Assembly: GCA_036012755.1 (NCBI GenBank)
Contig: DASCPX010000009.1
Span: 32,001-96,000, forward strand
Reading direction: 5' to 3'
DNA: 64,000 nt
Source of the DNA: Myxococcota bacterium
GTDB taxonomy: Bacteria; Myxococcota_A; UBA796; CAJQPC01
Part shown: positions 54,727 to 64,000 of the stretch, one piece after another
Layout of the letters: every line of letters begins with the position of its first letter
Position numbering within the stretch: position 1 is the stretch's first letter
Translations under genes and position numbers: made by a program
Notes under the pieces: generated by a model
What the model saw: the letters and a program-made list of their open reading frames with translations, nothing else
The model's database searches: none
What the model was told of the DNA's origin: nothing

Positions 54727-55641
54727 ATGGCCGGACACATCGCGCGTCGGCTGCTGGCGATCCTGCCCCTGGTGGTCTTCCTCGCCTTCACCACCTTCCT
54801 GCTGCTCCAGCTGGCGCCCGGTGGCCCCTTCGACGCCGAGCGCAACTTCCCCCCGGAGATCCAGAAGCAGCTCGAGGCGCGCTTCGCCCTGGACGCCCCC
54901 TGGTACGAGCAGTTCTGGGGCTACCTGGTCGGCCTCGCCGACGGCACCCTGCCGAGCATGAAGCGGCCGGGGCTGACCGTCGGCGAGCTCATCGGCTCCA
55001 GCTTCCCGGTCTCGCTGACCCTGGGCACCCTGGCGATGGGCTTCGCCCTCTGCCTCGGCATCACCAGCGGCATCATCGGCGCGATCCGCCAGAACAGCGT
55101 CTGGGACTGGACCACGATGAGCATCGCGCTCATAGGCATCAGCGTCCCGAACTTCGTGCTCGGGCCGCTGTTGATCCTGGTCTTCGCCCTGGGTCTGGGC
55201 TGGGTCCCGCCCGCTCGCTGGGAAGGGCTCGACACGATGATCCTGCCGGCCATCACCCTGGGGCTGGCGTATGCCGCCTACATCGCTCGCCTGACCAGGG
55301 CGGGCATGCTCGAGGTGATCCGCACCGACTTCGTGCGCACCGCCCGCGCCAAGGGGCTCTCGGAGTGGGTGGTCGTCGTGCGCCACGCCTTGCGAGGGGC
55401 GCTGCTGCCCGTCATCACCTTCCTGGGTCCGGCCACCGCCCGCATCATCACGGGCACGGTCGTCATCGAGAAGATCTTCCAGGTCCCGGGCCTCGGCTAC
55501 TACTTCGTCCAGTCAGCGCTCGATCGCGACTACTCGATGGTGCTCGGCGTCGTCTGCTTCTACGCCAGCATCCTCATGGTGCTGAACCTGCTCGTCGACG
55601 TCGCCTACACCTGGCTCGACCCGAGGGTGAAGCTGGCATGA
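54727..55641 (+). CDS. oppB: Oligopeptide ABC transporter permease
   Basis: APGGPFD, SVPNFV, DFVRTARAKGL, RDY, DPRV. Confidence 0.95.
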   Translation: MAGHIARRLLAILPLVVFLAFTTFLLLQLAPGGPFDAERNFPPEIQKQLEARFALDAPWYEQFWGYLVGLADGTLPSMKRPGLTVGELIGSSFPVSLTLGTLAMGFALCLGITSGIIGAIRQNSVWDWTTMSIALIGISVPNFVLGPLLILVFALGLGWVPPARWEGLDTMILPAITLGLAYAAYIARLTRAGMLEVIRTDFVRTARAKGLSEWVVVVRHALRGALLPVITFLGPATARIITGTVVIEKIFQVPGLGYYFVQSALDRDYSMVLGVVCFYASILMVLNLLVDVAYTWLDPRVKLA

Positions 55642-56555
55642 CCGCTACCCCCCATGTCATCGAGGGGAGCTCCTTGTGGGCCGATGCCTGGAAGCGCTGG
55701 AGGCGTCACCGGGTCTCCGTCGCCAGCGCCGTGGTGATCGGGCTGGTCTTCGCCTTCTGCGTGCTCGGTCCCCCCCTCACCGCGGCCAGCCTGGGCTGGA
55801 CCTACGAGATGCAGGACATCGACCTGGGCGCCTCCCCGCCGAGTTGGTCCCACCCCTTCGGCACGGACGTGCTCGGTCGGGACGTGATGGTGCGCACGAT
55901 GCTCGGCGGACGGGTGAGCCTGGCGGTGGCCCTGGTCGCGACCGCGGTCTCCCTGGCGGTCGGCGTCACCTACGGCGCCATCAGCGGCTTCGCCGGTGGC
56001 CGGGTCGACGCCGTCATGATGCGCGTCGTCGATCTCATGCTGTCCACGCCCTACCTCCTGCTCGTCATCGTGCTGATGGCGGTCATCCCCCCTTCGGTCG
56101 TCAGCATCGGCGGCCTGGACGGCTCGATCATCCTGATGTTCGCTGCCCTCGGCTTCGTCAGCTGGCTGATCCTCGCCCGCATCGTGCGCGGCCAGGTCCT
56201 GGCCCTCAAAGAGCGGGAGTTCGTCGAGGCCGCCCGCGCCATCGGGGTTCCGCCCCTGACCATCCTCTTCAGACACATCGTGCCCAACACCCTGGGGCCG
56301 GTCATCGTCTACAGCACGCTCACCATCCCGAGCGTCATGCTCAGCGAGGCCTTCCTGTCCTTCCTCGGACTGGGCATCCGGGAGCCAGAGGCCAGCTGGG
56401 GAACCCTGGTCAACGACGGCGCAAACGCCATGGTCGTCTACCCCTGGCTCCTGATCTTCCCGGGCGCCATCATGACGCTCACGCTCTTCTGCTTGAACTT
56501 CCTGGGTGACGGCCTGCGCGACGCGCTGGACCCCTCGGCACAGGAGGGCTCGTGA
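55638..56555 (+). CDS. oppC: Oligopeptide ABC transporter permease
   Basis: HPFGTDVLGRD, EFVEAARAIG, EAFLSFLGLG, GDGLRDALDP; ATGA overlap with oppB. Confidence 0.95.
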   Translation: MTATPHVIEGSSLWADAWKRWRRHRVSVASAVVIGLVFAFCVLGPPLTAASLGWTYEMQDIDLGASPPSWSHPFGTDVLGRDVMVRTMLGGRVSLAVALVATAVSLAVGVTYGAISGFAGGRVDAVMMRVVDLMLSTPYLLLVIVLMAVIPPSVVSIGGLDGSIILMFAALGFVSWLILARIVRGQVLALKEREFVEAARAIGVPPLTILFRHIVPNTLGPVIVYSTLTIPSVMLSEAFLSFLGLGIREPEASWGTLVNDGANAMVVYPWLLIFPGAIMTLTLFCLNFLGDGLRDALDPSAQEGS

Positions 56556-57520
56556 GCGTCCTGCGCGTCGAGGAGCTCCGGACGCACTTCTTCACGGACG
56601 ACGGAGTCGTCAAAGCCGTGGACGGCGTGTCCTTCGAGGTCGAGCGTGGCCGGATCCTCGGGCTGGTCGGCGAGTCCGGCAGCGGCAAGAGCGTCACGAA
56701 CCTCTCGGTCCTCCGACTCGTGCCGAGCCCCCCCGGGCGCTACGTCGGCGGTCGGATCCTCTTCCACGGCGAGGACATCCTGAAGATGCCGGAGGCGGAT
56801 CTGCGACGCCTCCGCGGCAACCGCATCGCGATGATCTTCCAGGACCCGATGACCTCGCTGAACCCCTATCTGCGGGTCTCCCGCCAGATCGGAGAGGTGC
56901 TCGAGCTGCACGAGGGCATGAGCAGACGAGGCGCGAATAAGCGAGCGACCGAGCTGCTCGAGATGGTCGGCATCCCGGACCCCGAGACGCGCATCGACCA
57001 GTACCCCCACGAGTTCTCCGGAGGCATGCGCCAGCGCGTGATGATCGCGATGGCCCTGGCCTGCAAGCCGGAGCTGCTGCTCGCCGACGAGCCCACCACA
57101 GCGCTGGACGTCACGATCCAGGCACAGATCCTCGATCTCATCCGGGACCTCTGTCGAGAGCTCGGAACCGCGGTCATCCTCGTCACCCACGACCTCGGCG
57201 TGGTGGCGGGCCTCGCCGATGACGTGGCGGTCATGTACGCCGGGCGCATCGTGGAGCAGGCGCCGGTGGTGTCGCTGTTCTCGCAGCCACAGCACCCCTA
57301 CACGAAGGGACTGCTCGCCAGCGTCCCGCGCCTCGACAGCCGGGCCCAGCTCTTGCCGATCGACGGGCTGCCCCCGAACGTCGCGGATCTTCCCCCAGGC
57401 TGCGCCTTCGCCCCCAGGTGTCCGGAACGCAGCGAGGCCTGCGGAGAGATCCCGCCCTGGTTCGGACCTCGCGATCAGGGAGGCGCCTGCTGGCTCCTCG
57501 CCCCTGGAGAGGAGCCGTGA
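56552..57520 (+). CDS. oppD: Oligopeptide ABC transporter ATP-binding protein
   Basis: [41 protein letters not shown]. Confidence 0.95.
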   Translation: MSVLRVEELRTHFFTDDGVVKAVDGVSFEVERGRILGLVGESGSGKSVTNLSVLRLVPSPPGRYVGGRILFHGEDILKMPEADLRRLRGNRIAMIFQDPMTSLNPYLRVSRQIGEVLELHEGMSRRGANKRATELLEMVGIPDPETRIDQYPHEFSGGMRQRVMIAMALACKPELLLADEPTTALDVTIQAQILDLIRDLCRELGTAVILVTHDLGVVAGLADDVAVMYAGRIVEQAPVVSLFSQPQHPYTKGLLASVPRLDSRAQLLPIDGLPPNVADLPPGCAFAPRCPERSEACGEIPPWFGPRDQGGACWLLAPGEEP

Positions 57521-58482
57521 GCCTGCTCAGTGTCCAGGACCTCAAGGTGCACTTCCCGGTCTACTCCACTGGCCTGTTCCGCCGGGTGACCGGGCAGGTC
57601 AAGGCCGTCGACGGGCTCAGCTTCGACATCGAGCGCGGAGAGATCCTGGGGCTGGTCGGGGAGTCCGGCTGCGGCAAGAGCACGACGGGACGAGCCGTCC
57701 TCCGACTCCTCGAGCCCACCTCGGGGCGAGTCACCTTCGACGGCACAGACGTCAGCTCGCTCGCTGGCACGGACCTGCGGCGCTTCCGCCGTCGCGCCCA
57801 GATCATCTTCCAGGACCCATACGCCTCGCTGAACCCGCGCATGACGGTGGGCGCCATCATCACAGAGCCCCTGAAGACCCACGGACTGCCCGGGGGCTTG
57901 GGCCGGGCCCAGGAGCTGATGGAGCTCACGGGCCTCGATCCGCGCTTCGTGCGCCGCTATCCCCACGAGTTCTCCGGCGGCCAGCGCCAGCGCATCGGCA
58001 TCGCCAGGGCCTTGGCGAGCGAGCCCGAGCTCATCGTCTGCGACGAGCCGATCTCCGCCCTCGACGTGAGCATCCAGGCCCAGATCCTGAACCTCCTGCA
58101 GGACCTCGCCCGCGACCGGTCGCTGTCCTACCTCTTCATCGCCCACGATCTCTCGGCCATCCGCCACGTCTGCGACCGCATCGCCGTGATGTACCTCGGA
58201 CGCCTCGCAGAGGTGGGCACCTTCGAGCAGATCTGCGATGGGCCACGCCACCCCTACACCCAGGCCCTGGTCTCCGCGGTCCCGGTGCCCGACCCGGTGT
58301 TGGAGCGCCAGCGCGAGCGCATAGTGCTGACCGGCGACGTGCCCTCCCCGCTCTCACCGCCCCCCGGCTGCCGCTTCCACACCCGCTGCCACAAGCGCCA
58401 ACAGCAGCGCTGCGACACGGAGCTACCCGAGCTCCGCGATCTCGAAGAGGGCCGCCGAGCCGCCTGTCACTGGCTCGACTGA
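57517..58482 (+). CDS. oppF: Oligopeptide ABC transporter ATP-binding protein
   Basis: GESGCGKST, FSGGQRQR, DEPISALD, GCRFHTRC, ACH; GTGA overlap with oppD. Confidence 0.95.
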   Translation: MSLLSVQDLKVHFPVYSTGLFRRVTGQVKAVDGLSFDIERGEILGLVGESGCGKSTTGRAVLRLLEPTSGRVTFDGTDVSSLAGTDLRRFRRRAQIIFQDPYASLNPRMTVGAIITEPLKTHGLPGGLGRAQELMELTGLDPRFVRRYPHEFSGGQRQRIGIARALASEPELIVCDEPISALDVSIQAQILNLLQDLARDRSLSYLFIAHDLSAIRHVCDRIAVMYLGRLAEVGTFEQICDGPRHPYTQALVSAVPVPDPVLERQRERIVLTGDVPSPLSPPPGCRFHTRCHKRQQQRCDTELPELRDLEEGRRAACHWLD

Positions 58483-59401
58483 CTCGCGGGACCGACGAGC
58501 CAGCGCCGGGTCACGCGACGCAGCCCCGGGGCGACCCAGGGCTTCCCCGTGAGGGCCTTGAAGCAGCCGACCGCGCGAATCGCGCGGTTGGAGAAGGCGA
58601 CGACGCAGATGCCACCGACCAGCCCGACGATGGCGGCAGGGTGCTCGGTGAGGGCCGAGAGCCCACCGAAGACGACGCCGAAGAAGGCGTAGCCCAGGCG
58701 CGTGAGCCCGAAGAGCACGAGGGACTGGATGGCGGAGCTGCGCACGAAGGGCCTGTCCTTTCCCTTGACCAGGTAGTAGAGCGAGGCCAACAGCCAGATG
58801 CCTTGGAAGGGCATCCAGCAGAGCATCGCCGCGGTCTTGTCGCGATGCCGAAGACATCGCCGGTTCGAGCGCCGGCGTCGTCCACGAAGGCGACCCCCAG
58901 GGCCTCCGCGACCTCCTCGCCCAGCTTCACGGACGCCGGCCCCTGCTGAACGTTCAGGCGGATGAGCAGCGGGCGTGGTCCTTGTTCTGTCGCCAGCTCC
59001 AGGGCGAGGAACTTCACCAACCGGTTGGGCTGTCGGATCTGGACGGCCGTGGGAGACACGGCCACCCCATCGAGCGTGCCAGCGCCTATGTCGAGGACGT
59101 GCCGCGACTCCTCGGAGATCTGCTGGGATCGCGCCGCCTTGCGCAGCCCCAGGATCAGGCCCAGGAGCGCGACCGGCCCGAAGATCGCTCCCCAGAACAC
59201 CGGCACGAGCCACCCGTCCTGGTAGCCCAGCGCCGAGAACAACCCCCAGAGGAACAAGACCAGGACGGGCACGAGGATGGCCTGCAGCCGACCCTGGGTG
59301 CGGATGTGGGCCTGGGGCACCTGGAAGGTCCAGGCTCCATCTTCGACCACGACCCACCCGTCGATGTTCTTCATGCCTCGCTCAAACCATCCGGAAGCCA
59401 C
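58467..59401 (-). pseudogene. Frameshifted membrane protein (C-terminal DUF4870-like); pseudogene or sequencing error
   Basis: The N-terminal frame (…DDAGARTGDVFGI) switches near 58840 to a second frame (DKTAAMLCWMPF…) that carries TM helices. Confidence 0.6.
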
Positions 59402-60713
59402 CCCTTCGACCGACGAGGAGGACTCGGCCCGCGAGCAGCACCGAGACGGCGACGAGCATCGCGTCGAGGCCCAGCCACAGCCCCCTGGCCCCTAGGTCCA
59501 GGCCAAAGGCGAAGCCAGCGGCCAGGGGCACGCCGATCACCCAGAAGGCGACCAGCGCCAGCACCGCCGGGAAGCGCGTGTCTCCAGCGCCACGCAGCAC
59601 GCCGGCCGCCACCGCCTGGACCCCGTCGAAGAGCTGGAAGGCCGCGGCCAGCGGCAGCAGCAGCAGCACGACGCCCTGCACCTCGAGGTCCGTGGTGTAG
59701 GCCGCCGCGAGCCACCCGGGCACCGCGAGCAGGACCCCCGCGCTCGCCCCCATGATGACCAACGACATCGCGATGGCGATCCACCCGCTCCGCTGCCAGG
59801 GTTCGCCAGCCCCCAACAGGTTGCCGACCCGAGTCGCCGCCGCGGCTGAGAGGCCCCACGCCACGCAGAAGGCGACGGCTGTCATGTTGAGCGCGATGCT
59901 GTGAGCCGCCAGCTCGGTCGCTCCGATGAGCCCCATGAAGATCCCGACGCAGTTGAAGGCCCAGACCTCCAGCGTGACGTGCACTCCGACCGGCCCACCG
60001 CGCCAGAGCAGCTCGAGCAGCGCTCGAGCGACGAAGCCCTCGCGAAGGGGGACCCGGCGAGCGGAGATGGCGCTCCAGGTGAGCGCCGCGAGAGCGACCG
60101 GCATCAACAGCCGCACCAGGGCGGTCGCGTGCCCGCTCCCCACCGCCCCCAGCGCCGGCAGGCCGAGGGCTCCGTTGATGAAGACCTCGTTGAGCGCGAT
60201 GTTGAGCAGGTTCGCGATGACGATGACGATCGCGGCCGGGCGCATGATCTCGATGCCCTGGAGGAACTGCTTGAGCGCCCAGAAGGCGAAGCTCGGCGCC
60301 ACGCTCCAAGACAGGGCCCGGCAGTAGGCGCCCGCGGTGGGGAGGATCTCTTCTGGCTGTCCAAGGGCCCTGAGCGCCGGCTCGGCTACCCAGTGCAGCG
60401 CCGTGATCGGGATGGCGACGATCAGTCCCAGGACCAGGGCGCGCAACAGCGCTCGCCCGGCTGTCTTCGGCTGGCCCGATCCGTGAGCCTGCGCGAAGAC
60501 GGGATCGAGACCCAGCATCAGGCCGATGCCCGGGATCATGGTCCCGAAGGCCCAGATGTTGCCAGCCGCCAGGCCGGCGAGCTCGGTCTCGCCGAGGCGC
60601 CCGACCATCACGAGGTCCTCGACGGACATCGTCATGAAGCCGACCTGGCCGATCATCACGGGCCAGGCGAGCTCGAACAGTCTCCTCAGCTCACTCTTCT
60701 TCTGGATTCGCAG
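59382..60713 (-). CDS. MATE family efflux transporter (NorM-like)
   Basis: DLVMVGRLG, AQAHG, LPALGAVG, LAAHSI, RVGNLLGAG, FQLFDGVQ, GVLRGAGDT. First GTG is 60659, but the frame extends to a CTG at 60713. Confidence 0.92.
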   Translation of the reverse strand: MRIQKKSELRRLFELAWPVMIGQVGFMTMSVEDLVMVGRLGETELAGLAAGNIWAFGTMIPGIGLMLGLDPVFAQAHGSGQPKTAGRALLRALVLGLIVAIPITALHWVAEPALRALGQPEEILPTAGAYCRALSWSVAPSFAFWALKQFLQGIEIMRPAAIVIVIANLLNIALNEVFINGALGLPALGAVGSGHATALVRLLMPVALAALTWSAISARRVPLREGFVARALLELLWRGGPVGVHVTLEVWAFNCVGIFMGLIGATELAAHSIALNMTAVAFCVAWGLSAAAATRVGNLLGAGEPWQRSGWIAIAMSLVIMGASAGVLLAVPGWLAAAYTTDLEVQGVVLLLLPLAAAFQLFDGVQAVAAGVLRGAGDTRFPAVLALVAFWVIGVPLAAGFAFGLDLGARGLWLGLDAMLVAVSVLLAGRVLLVGRRGGFRMV

Positions 60714-60727
60714 CTCTTAGCGCGAAA

Positions 60728-61285
60728 TCAGAGGCGGTAGTCGACCGCCTTCTCGAAGAGCGCCGTGTCGTCCTTGCTGACCTTGACCTCGACGTTGCCG
60801 TCGGTCGAGGCGACGGGCGCCTGGAGCTTGAGGAAGGCGACGGTCGGGCCGTTCATCGCGAGGCTGGAGGCGGTGACCATCTGGCGGGTCTCGCCGACCT
60901 TGTTGCCATCGACGAAGACCTCGCCCACGAGCCAGTAGGCACCCTCGAAGTCTGCGGGGCTGCGTCCCACGAGGACGGGGAGCTCGACGACGACGCTGTC
61001 GCGGTCGACGTGGACGACGCTGGCGTCGTAGTTGCCGGAGAGCGGGACCTGGCCAGCGCTTCCGTAGGGAAGGGTCTGGGCCACCGGGATCGACACGATG
61101 CGGAAGTCGGCGAAGTCGTCGTCCTCCTCGCTGTCGAACAGGTCGAAGTCGTCTGCGCTCGGCGCGCTGTCCGCGGCGAGCAACTCGGCGTTGCGATCGC
61201 CCTCGACGAGGAAGTCGAACTCGTCGTCTGTGCTCGCGAGAGCGTCCTGGGCGAAGGCGGGGGCGATGAGGAGTGCAACGAACAT
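60728..61285 (-). CDS. Hypothetical secreted acidic protein
   Basis: MFVALLIAPAFA-Q signal peptide, acidic linker (DDFDLFDSEEDDDF) and beta-rich C-terminal domain. Confidence 0.75.
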   Translation of the reverse strand: MFVALLIAPAFAQDALASTDDEFDFLVEGDRNAELLAADSAPSADDFDLFDSEEDDDFADFRIVSIPVAQTLPYGSAGQVPLSGNYDASVVHVDRDSVVVELPVLVGRSPADFEGAYWLVGEVFVDGNKVGETRQMVTASSLAMNGPTVAFLKLQAPVASTDGNVEVKVSKDDTALFEKAVDYRL

Positions 61286-61362
61286 CGTTTGAACCTGTCT
61301 GGGTAGGGATGGAGTCGAGGGCTGGTCGGACCGCGTTGGTCTCCACGACTCGATCGCCACAT

Positions 61363-61379
61363 AGCAAACGCCGTGCCAA
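61363..61379 (-). promoter_or_regulatory. Sigma-54 (-24/-12) promoter
   Basis: Minus strand TTGGCACGGCGTTTGCT matches the YTGGCACG-N4-TTGCW consensus; about 78 nt upstream of ATG 61285. Confidence 0.8.
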
Positions 61380-61527
61380 GCCCCATGTGCCTGGAATTGC
61401 GGGCCCTGTACCTGGAGACTCGTCCGGATTCTCGGACCGTGTCCAAGAAAGTCGAACACCCCCGCCGGCATGACCACCAGCGTCACAGCGGACGCGAGTC
61501 CCCAGAGCAACTATCCTCGCGGGTGCT

Positions 61528-63495
61528 TTGAGTTCCTCCAGCCAGCTCGGTCGCTACCACCTCCTCGAGCGCATCGCCCTGGGTGGCATGGCCGAGATCC
61601 ACCTCGCGTTCGAGCGGGGGACCGCCGGCTTCGAGCGCGTCGTGGTGCTCAAGGTCTTGCGCCGCGATCTCGTCGATGATCCCGACCACGTGCGCATGTT
61701 CCTCGCAGAGGCCCGCACGATCGCGCGCCTGAACCACCCCAACATCGTGCACGCGCACGAGCTGGAGGAGGCAGGCGGTACCTGGTTCATCGCGATGGAA
61801 CACGTCGCAGGCTCGAGCTTCCGGGAGCTCCTGGTCGCCGTGCGGAAGCGCGAAGAGCTCGTCCCCGTGGAGGTGGCCGTAGCCCTGATGCTCCAGGCCT
61901 GCGCCGGCGCCCACGCCGCCCACGAGCTGCACAACCCCGCCGGCGAACCGCTGGGCCTCGTCCACCGGGACATCTCCCCCGACAACCTCATGCTCCGCGC
62001 CGACGGACACGTGAAGCTGCTCGACTTCGGCATCGCGAAGGCCCGCGAGGACCAGCAGACTCGCGAGGGCACGCTGAAGGGGAAGATCGCGTACATGAGC
62101 CCGGAGCAGTGCCAGCAGCACGCGCTGGACCGACGCTCGGATGTCTTCAGTCTGGGCGTCGTGGCCTGGGAGCTCCTCGCGGCGTCCCGGCTGTTCCGGC
62201 GCGACAGCGAGTACGCGTCGATGCAGGCGGTCGTGCAGGGCGACCTGCTCGACCTGCGCGAGAGGCGCGAGGATCTCCCAGAGGAGCTCGTCGTTGTCAT
62301 CGAGCAGGCCCTCGCCCTGCACCCGGAGGACCGCTTCGAGAGCGCAGTGGCCATGCGCAATGCGCTCTCCGCCCTGGCCGATCCGATGGTGTGGGACCTT
62401 CGCCCAGACGTCATCGCCAGCTGGGCCGAGACGCGGCTCGGCAAGGCTCAGGAACACCGAGCGAGGCAACTGGAGGCGTCGATCACGGCCACGCTCCAGG
62501 GCGAGGACGACTTCACGCTCGAGGACGGCACCGAAGAGGTGGCCCGCCCACCGGATCGCGGGCGGAGCAATCCACGCCCACACTTCGTCTGGGGCGGGCT
62601 GGGGCTCGCGATCGGAGCGCTGGGGGTGCTCACCCTGCTCAACCACCAGGAGGCCGAACCGGACGCGGTCGAAGACGTCCGGCTGGTCCTGCCACCGGAA
62701 GGAGACCCGCTGGTCATCGGGCTGGCGCCAGTGATGGATCCCCTGCCCTACCTCGCCGCCCACGAGGGCATGCGCCTCCACCTGGAAGAGCGCCTCGGGC
62801 GGCCCGTCGAGCTCCGAACGCACGACTCCTACGACGCCTTGAGCAGAGCCCTGGCGGAGGGGGCCGTCCCCTATGGGTCCCTGCCTCCGCTGTTGTACCT
62901 GAACACGCTGCGCTCCACGCCCGTCGAGGTCCTGGCCTTCAAGAGGGTCGACGGCGGCTCGGGAACGGACGCCGTGCTCCTGGTCATGGAGGACGACGAC
63001 ATCGCGACCCCGGCCGAGCTCGCCGGGAGCATCGTCTGCTTCACGGACCCCGCCTCGACGACGGGCTACGCGTTGCCGCGGGCGACGCTTCGCCAGGCGG
63101 GCCTCGACCCCGACGTGGACGTCGAGGCTCACTTCTCCGGCAACCACCTCCAGGTCATGCGCGACCTCGTCGAGGGTCGATGCCGCGCCGCCGCGACCTA
63201 CGACGACGCGCTGAGGGCTGCCGAGCGCGAGGACGTCCCGGTCGGCCAGCTCCGTGTGCTGAGCTTGACAGGCCGCACACCCCAGGACGCCATCTGCGCT
63301 GGTCCGGCAGCCGCGGCGGCCGAAGCGGAGGCGCTCCGGACCACGCTGTTGAGCTACCAGCCGGAGACGATCACGCCAACGGTCGAGCAGATCACGGGCT
63401 TCGCGGCCGGGGACGACGGCGACTACAGCCAGCTGCGCGAAGCCCTCGAGATGGAGCAGGCGGCGCTGGACAGCACGGGCGACCGCGCGCGTTAA
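61528..63495 (+). CDS. Ser/Thr protein kinase - TM - PhnD/SsuA-type substrate-binding domain fusion
   Basis: LGGMAEI, VVLKVL, HRDISPDN, DFG, YMSPEQ; TM FVWGGLGLAIGALGVLTLL; FTDPASTTGY and FSGNH. Confidence 0.9.
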   Translation: MSSSSQLGRYHLLERIALGGMAEIHLAFERGTAGFERVVVLKVLRRDLVDDPDHVRMFLAEARTIARLNHPNIVHAHELEEAGGTWFIAMEHVAGSSFRELLVAVRKREELVPVEVAVALMLQACAGAHAAHELHNPAGEPLGLVHRDISPDNLMLRADGHVKLLDFGIAKAREDQQTREGTLKGKIAYMSPEQCQQHALDRRSDVFSLGVVAWELLAASRLFRRDSEYASMQAVVQGDLLDLRERREDLPEELVVVIEQALALHPEDRFESAVAMRNALSALADPMVWDLRPDVIASWAETRLGKAQEHRARQLEASITATLQGEDDFTLEDGTEEVARPPDRGRSNPRPHFVWGGLGLAIGALGVLTLLNHQEAEPDAVEDVRLVLPPEGDPLVIGLAPVMDPLPYLAAHEGMRLHLEERLGRPVELRTHDSYDALSRALAEGAVPYGSLPPLLYLNTLRSTPVEVLAFKRVDGGSGTDAVLLVMEDDDIATPAELAGSIVCFTDPASTTGYALPRATLRQAGLDPDVDVEAHFSGNHLQVMRDLVEGRCRAAATYDDALRAAEREDVPVGQLRVLSLTGRTPQDAICAGPAAAAAEAEALRTTLLSYQPETITPTVEQITGFAAGDDGDYSQLREALEMEQAALDSTGDRAR

Positions 63496-63504
63496 GCGCT
63501 GGTC

Positions 63505-64000
63505 ATGACGATGATGATGCTTGCGCTGCTCGCCTGCGAGCAGGAGACCGACGAAGCCCTCGAGCTGATCCCCGAAGTCGAAGAGACCATCTTGGAGGAG
63601 ACGCCCCCGACCACGGTCGAGGCCCCAGCCGATGTGGCCGCGCCCCCCGCCGATGCGCTGACGACCAGCTCGGGCCTCGCCTACGTGGTGCTGAAGCCGG
63701 GCAAGGGCGACAAGCCAAGCGCCTACGACAAGGTCACGGTCCACTACACGGGCTGGACGGCCGACGGGAACATGTTCGACAGCTCGGTCACCCGCGGCGA
63801 GACGAGCAGCTTCCCCCTCAACCGCGTGATCCCCGGCTGGACCGAAGGGCTCCAGCTCATGTCCGTCGGAGAGAAGACCCGCTTCTGGATTCCACAGGAC
63901 ATCGCCTACGCCGGTATGCCTGGGAAACCAGCTGGCATGCTGGTCTTCGACGTCGAGCTCTTCGAGGTCGAGCCTGGTCCGAGGGTGCCAGAGGACGTCG
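63505..64000 (+). CDS. FKBP-type peptidyl-prolyl isomerase lipoprotein (3'-truncated)
   Basis: MTMMMLALLAC...TTSSGLAY, VTVHYTGW, FDSS, VIPGWTEGLQLM, LVFDVEL. Confidence 0.93.
   Translation, partial: MTMMMLALLACEQETDEALELIPEVEETILEETPPTTVEAPADVAAPPADALTTSSGLAYVVLKPGKGDKPSAYDKVTVHYTGWTADGNMFDSSVTRGETSSFPLNRVIPGWTEGLQLMSVGEKTRFWIPQDIAYAGMPGKPAGMLVFDVELFEVEPGPRVPEDV

Overview
This is a very GC-rich, densely coding chromosomal window with about 55 CDS. The source is probably a Myxococcota/deltaproteobacterial lineage, inferred from a eukaryotic-like Ser/Thr kinase, FG-GAP and MopE-type repeat proteins, and a receiver-valS-nadC-birA gene order. I saw no rRNA, tRNA, transposase, integrase or CRISPR array. 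Core content: valS, nadC, birA, stand-alone coaC, a cysM-mec-moaD/cysO-moeZ-tauE sulfur relay, a GH57 glucan-enzyme pair, a topoisomerase IV-like A-B pair, mqnD, an opp ABC transporter, a MATE pump and an FKBP. The most notable items are: (1) a left-edge operon with two intact radical SAM enzymes, a Cys-less radical SAM-fold partner and an apparently lipoprotein YyaL; (2) a ~200-nt intergenic element (49964-50167) closed by a perfect 13-bp stem with a long UUCG-capped hairpin, a candidate ncRNA; (3) ultra-short, uncharged signal peptides across the window; (4) an OppA with a ~180-aa insertion and a Ser/Thr kinase fused to a PhnD-type binding domain; (5) several apparent pseudo-enzymes and pseudo-receivers, likely non-canonical starts and leaderless promoters. 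All calls come from motif reading by eye; no database searches were run.
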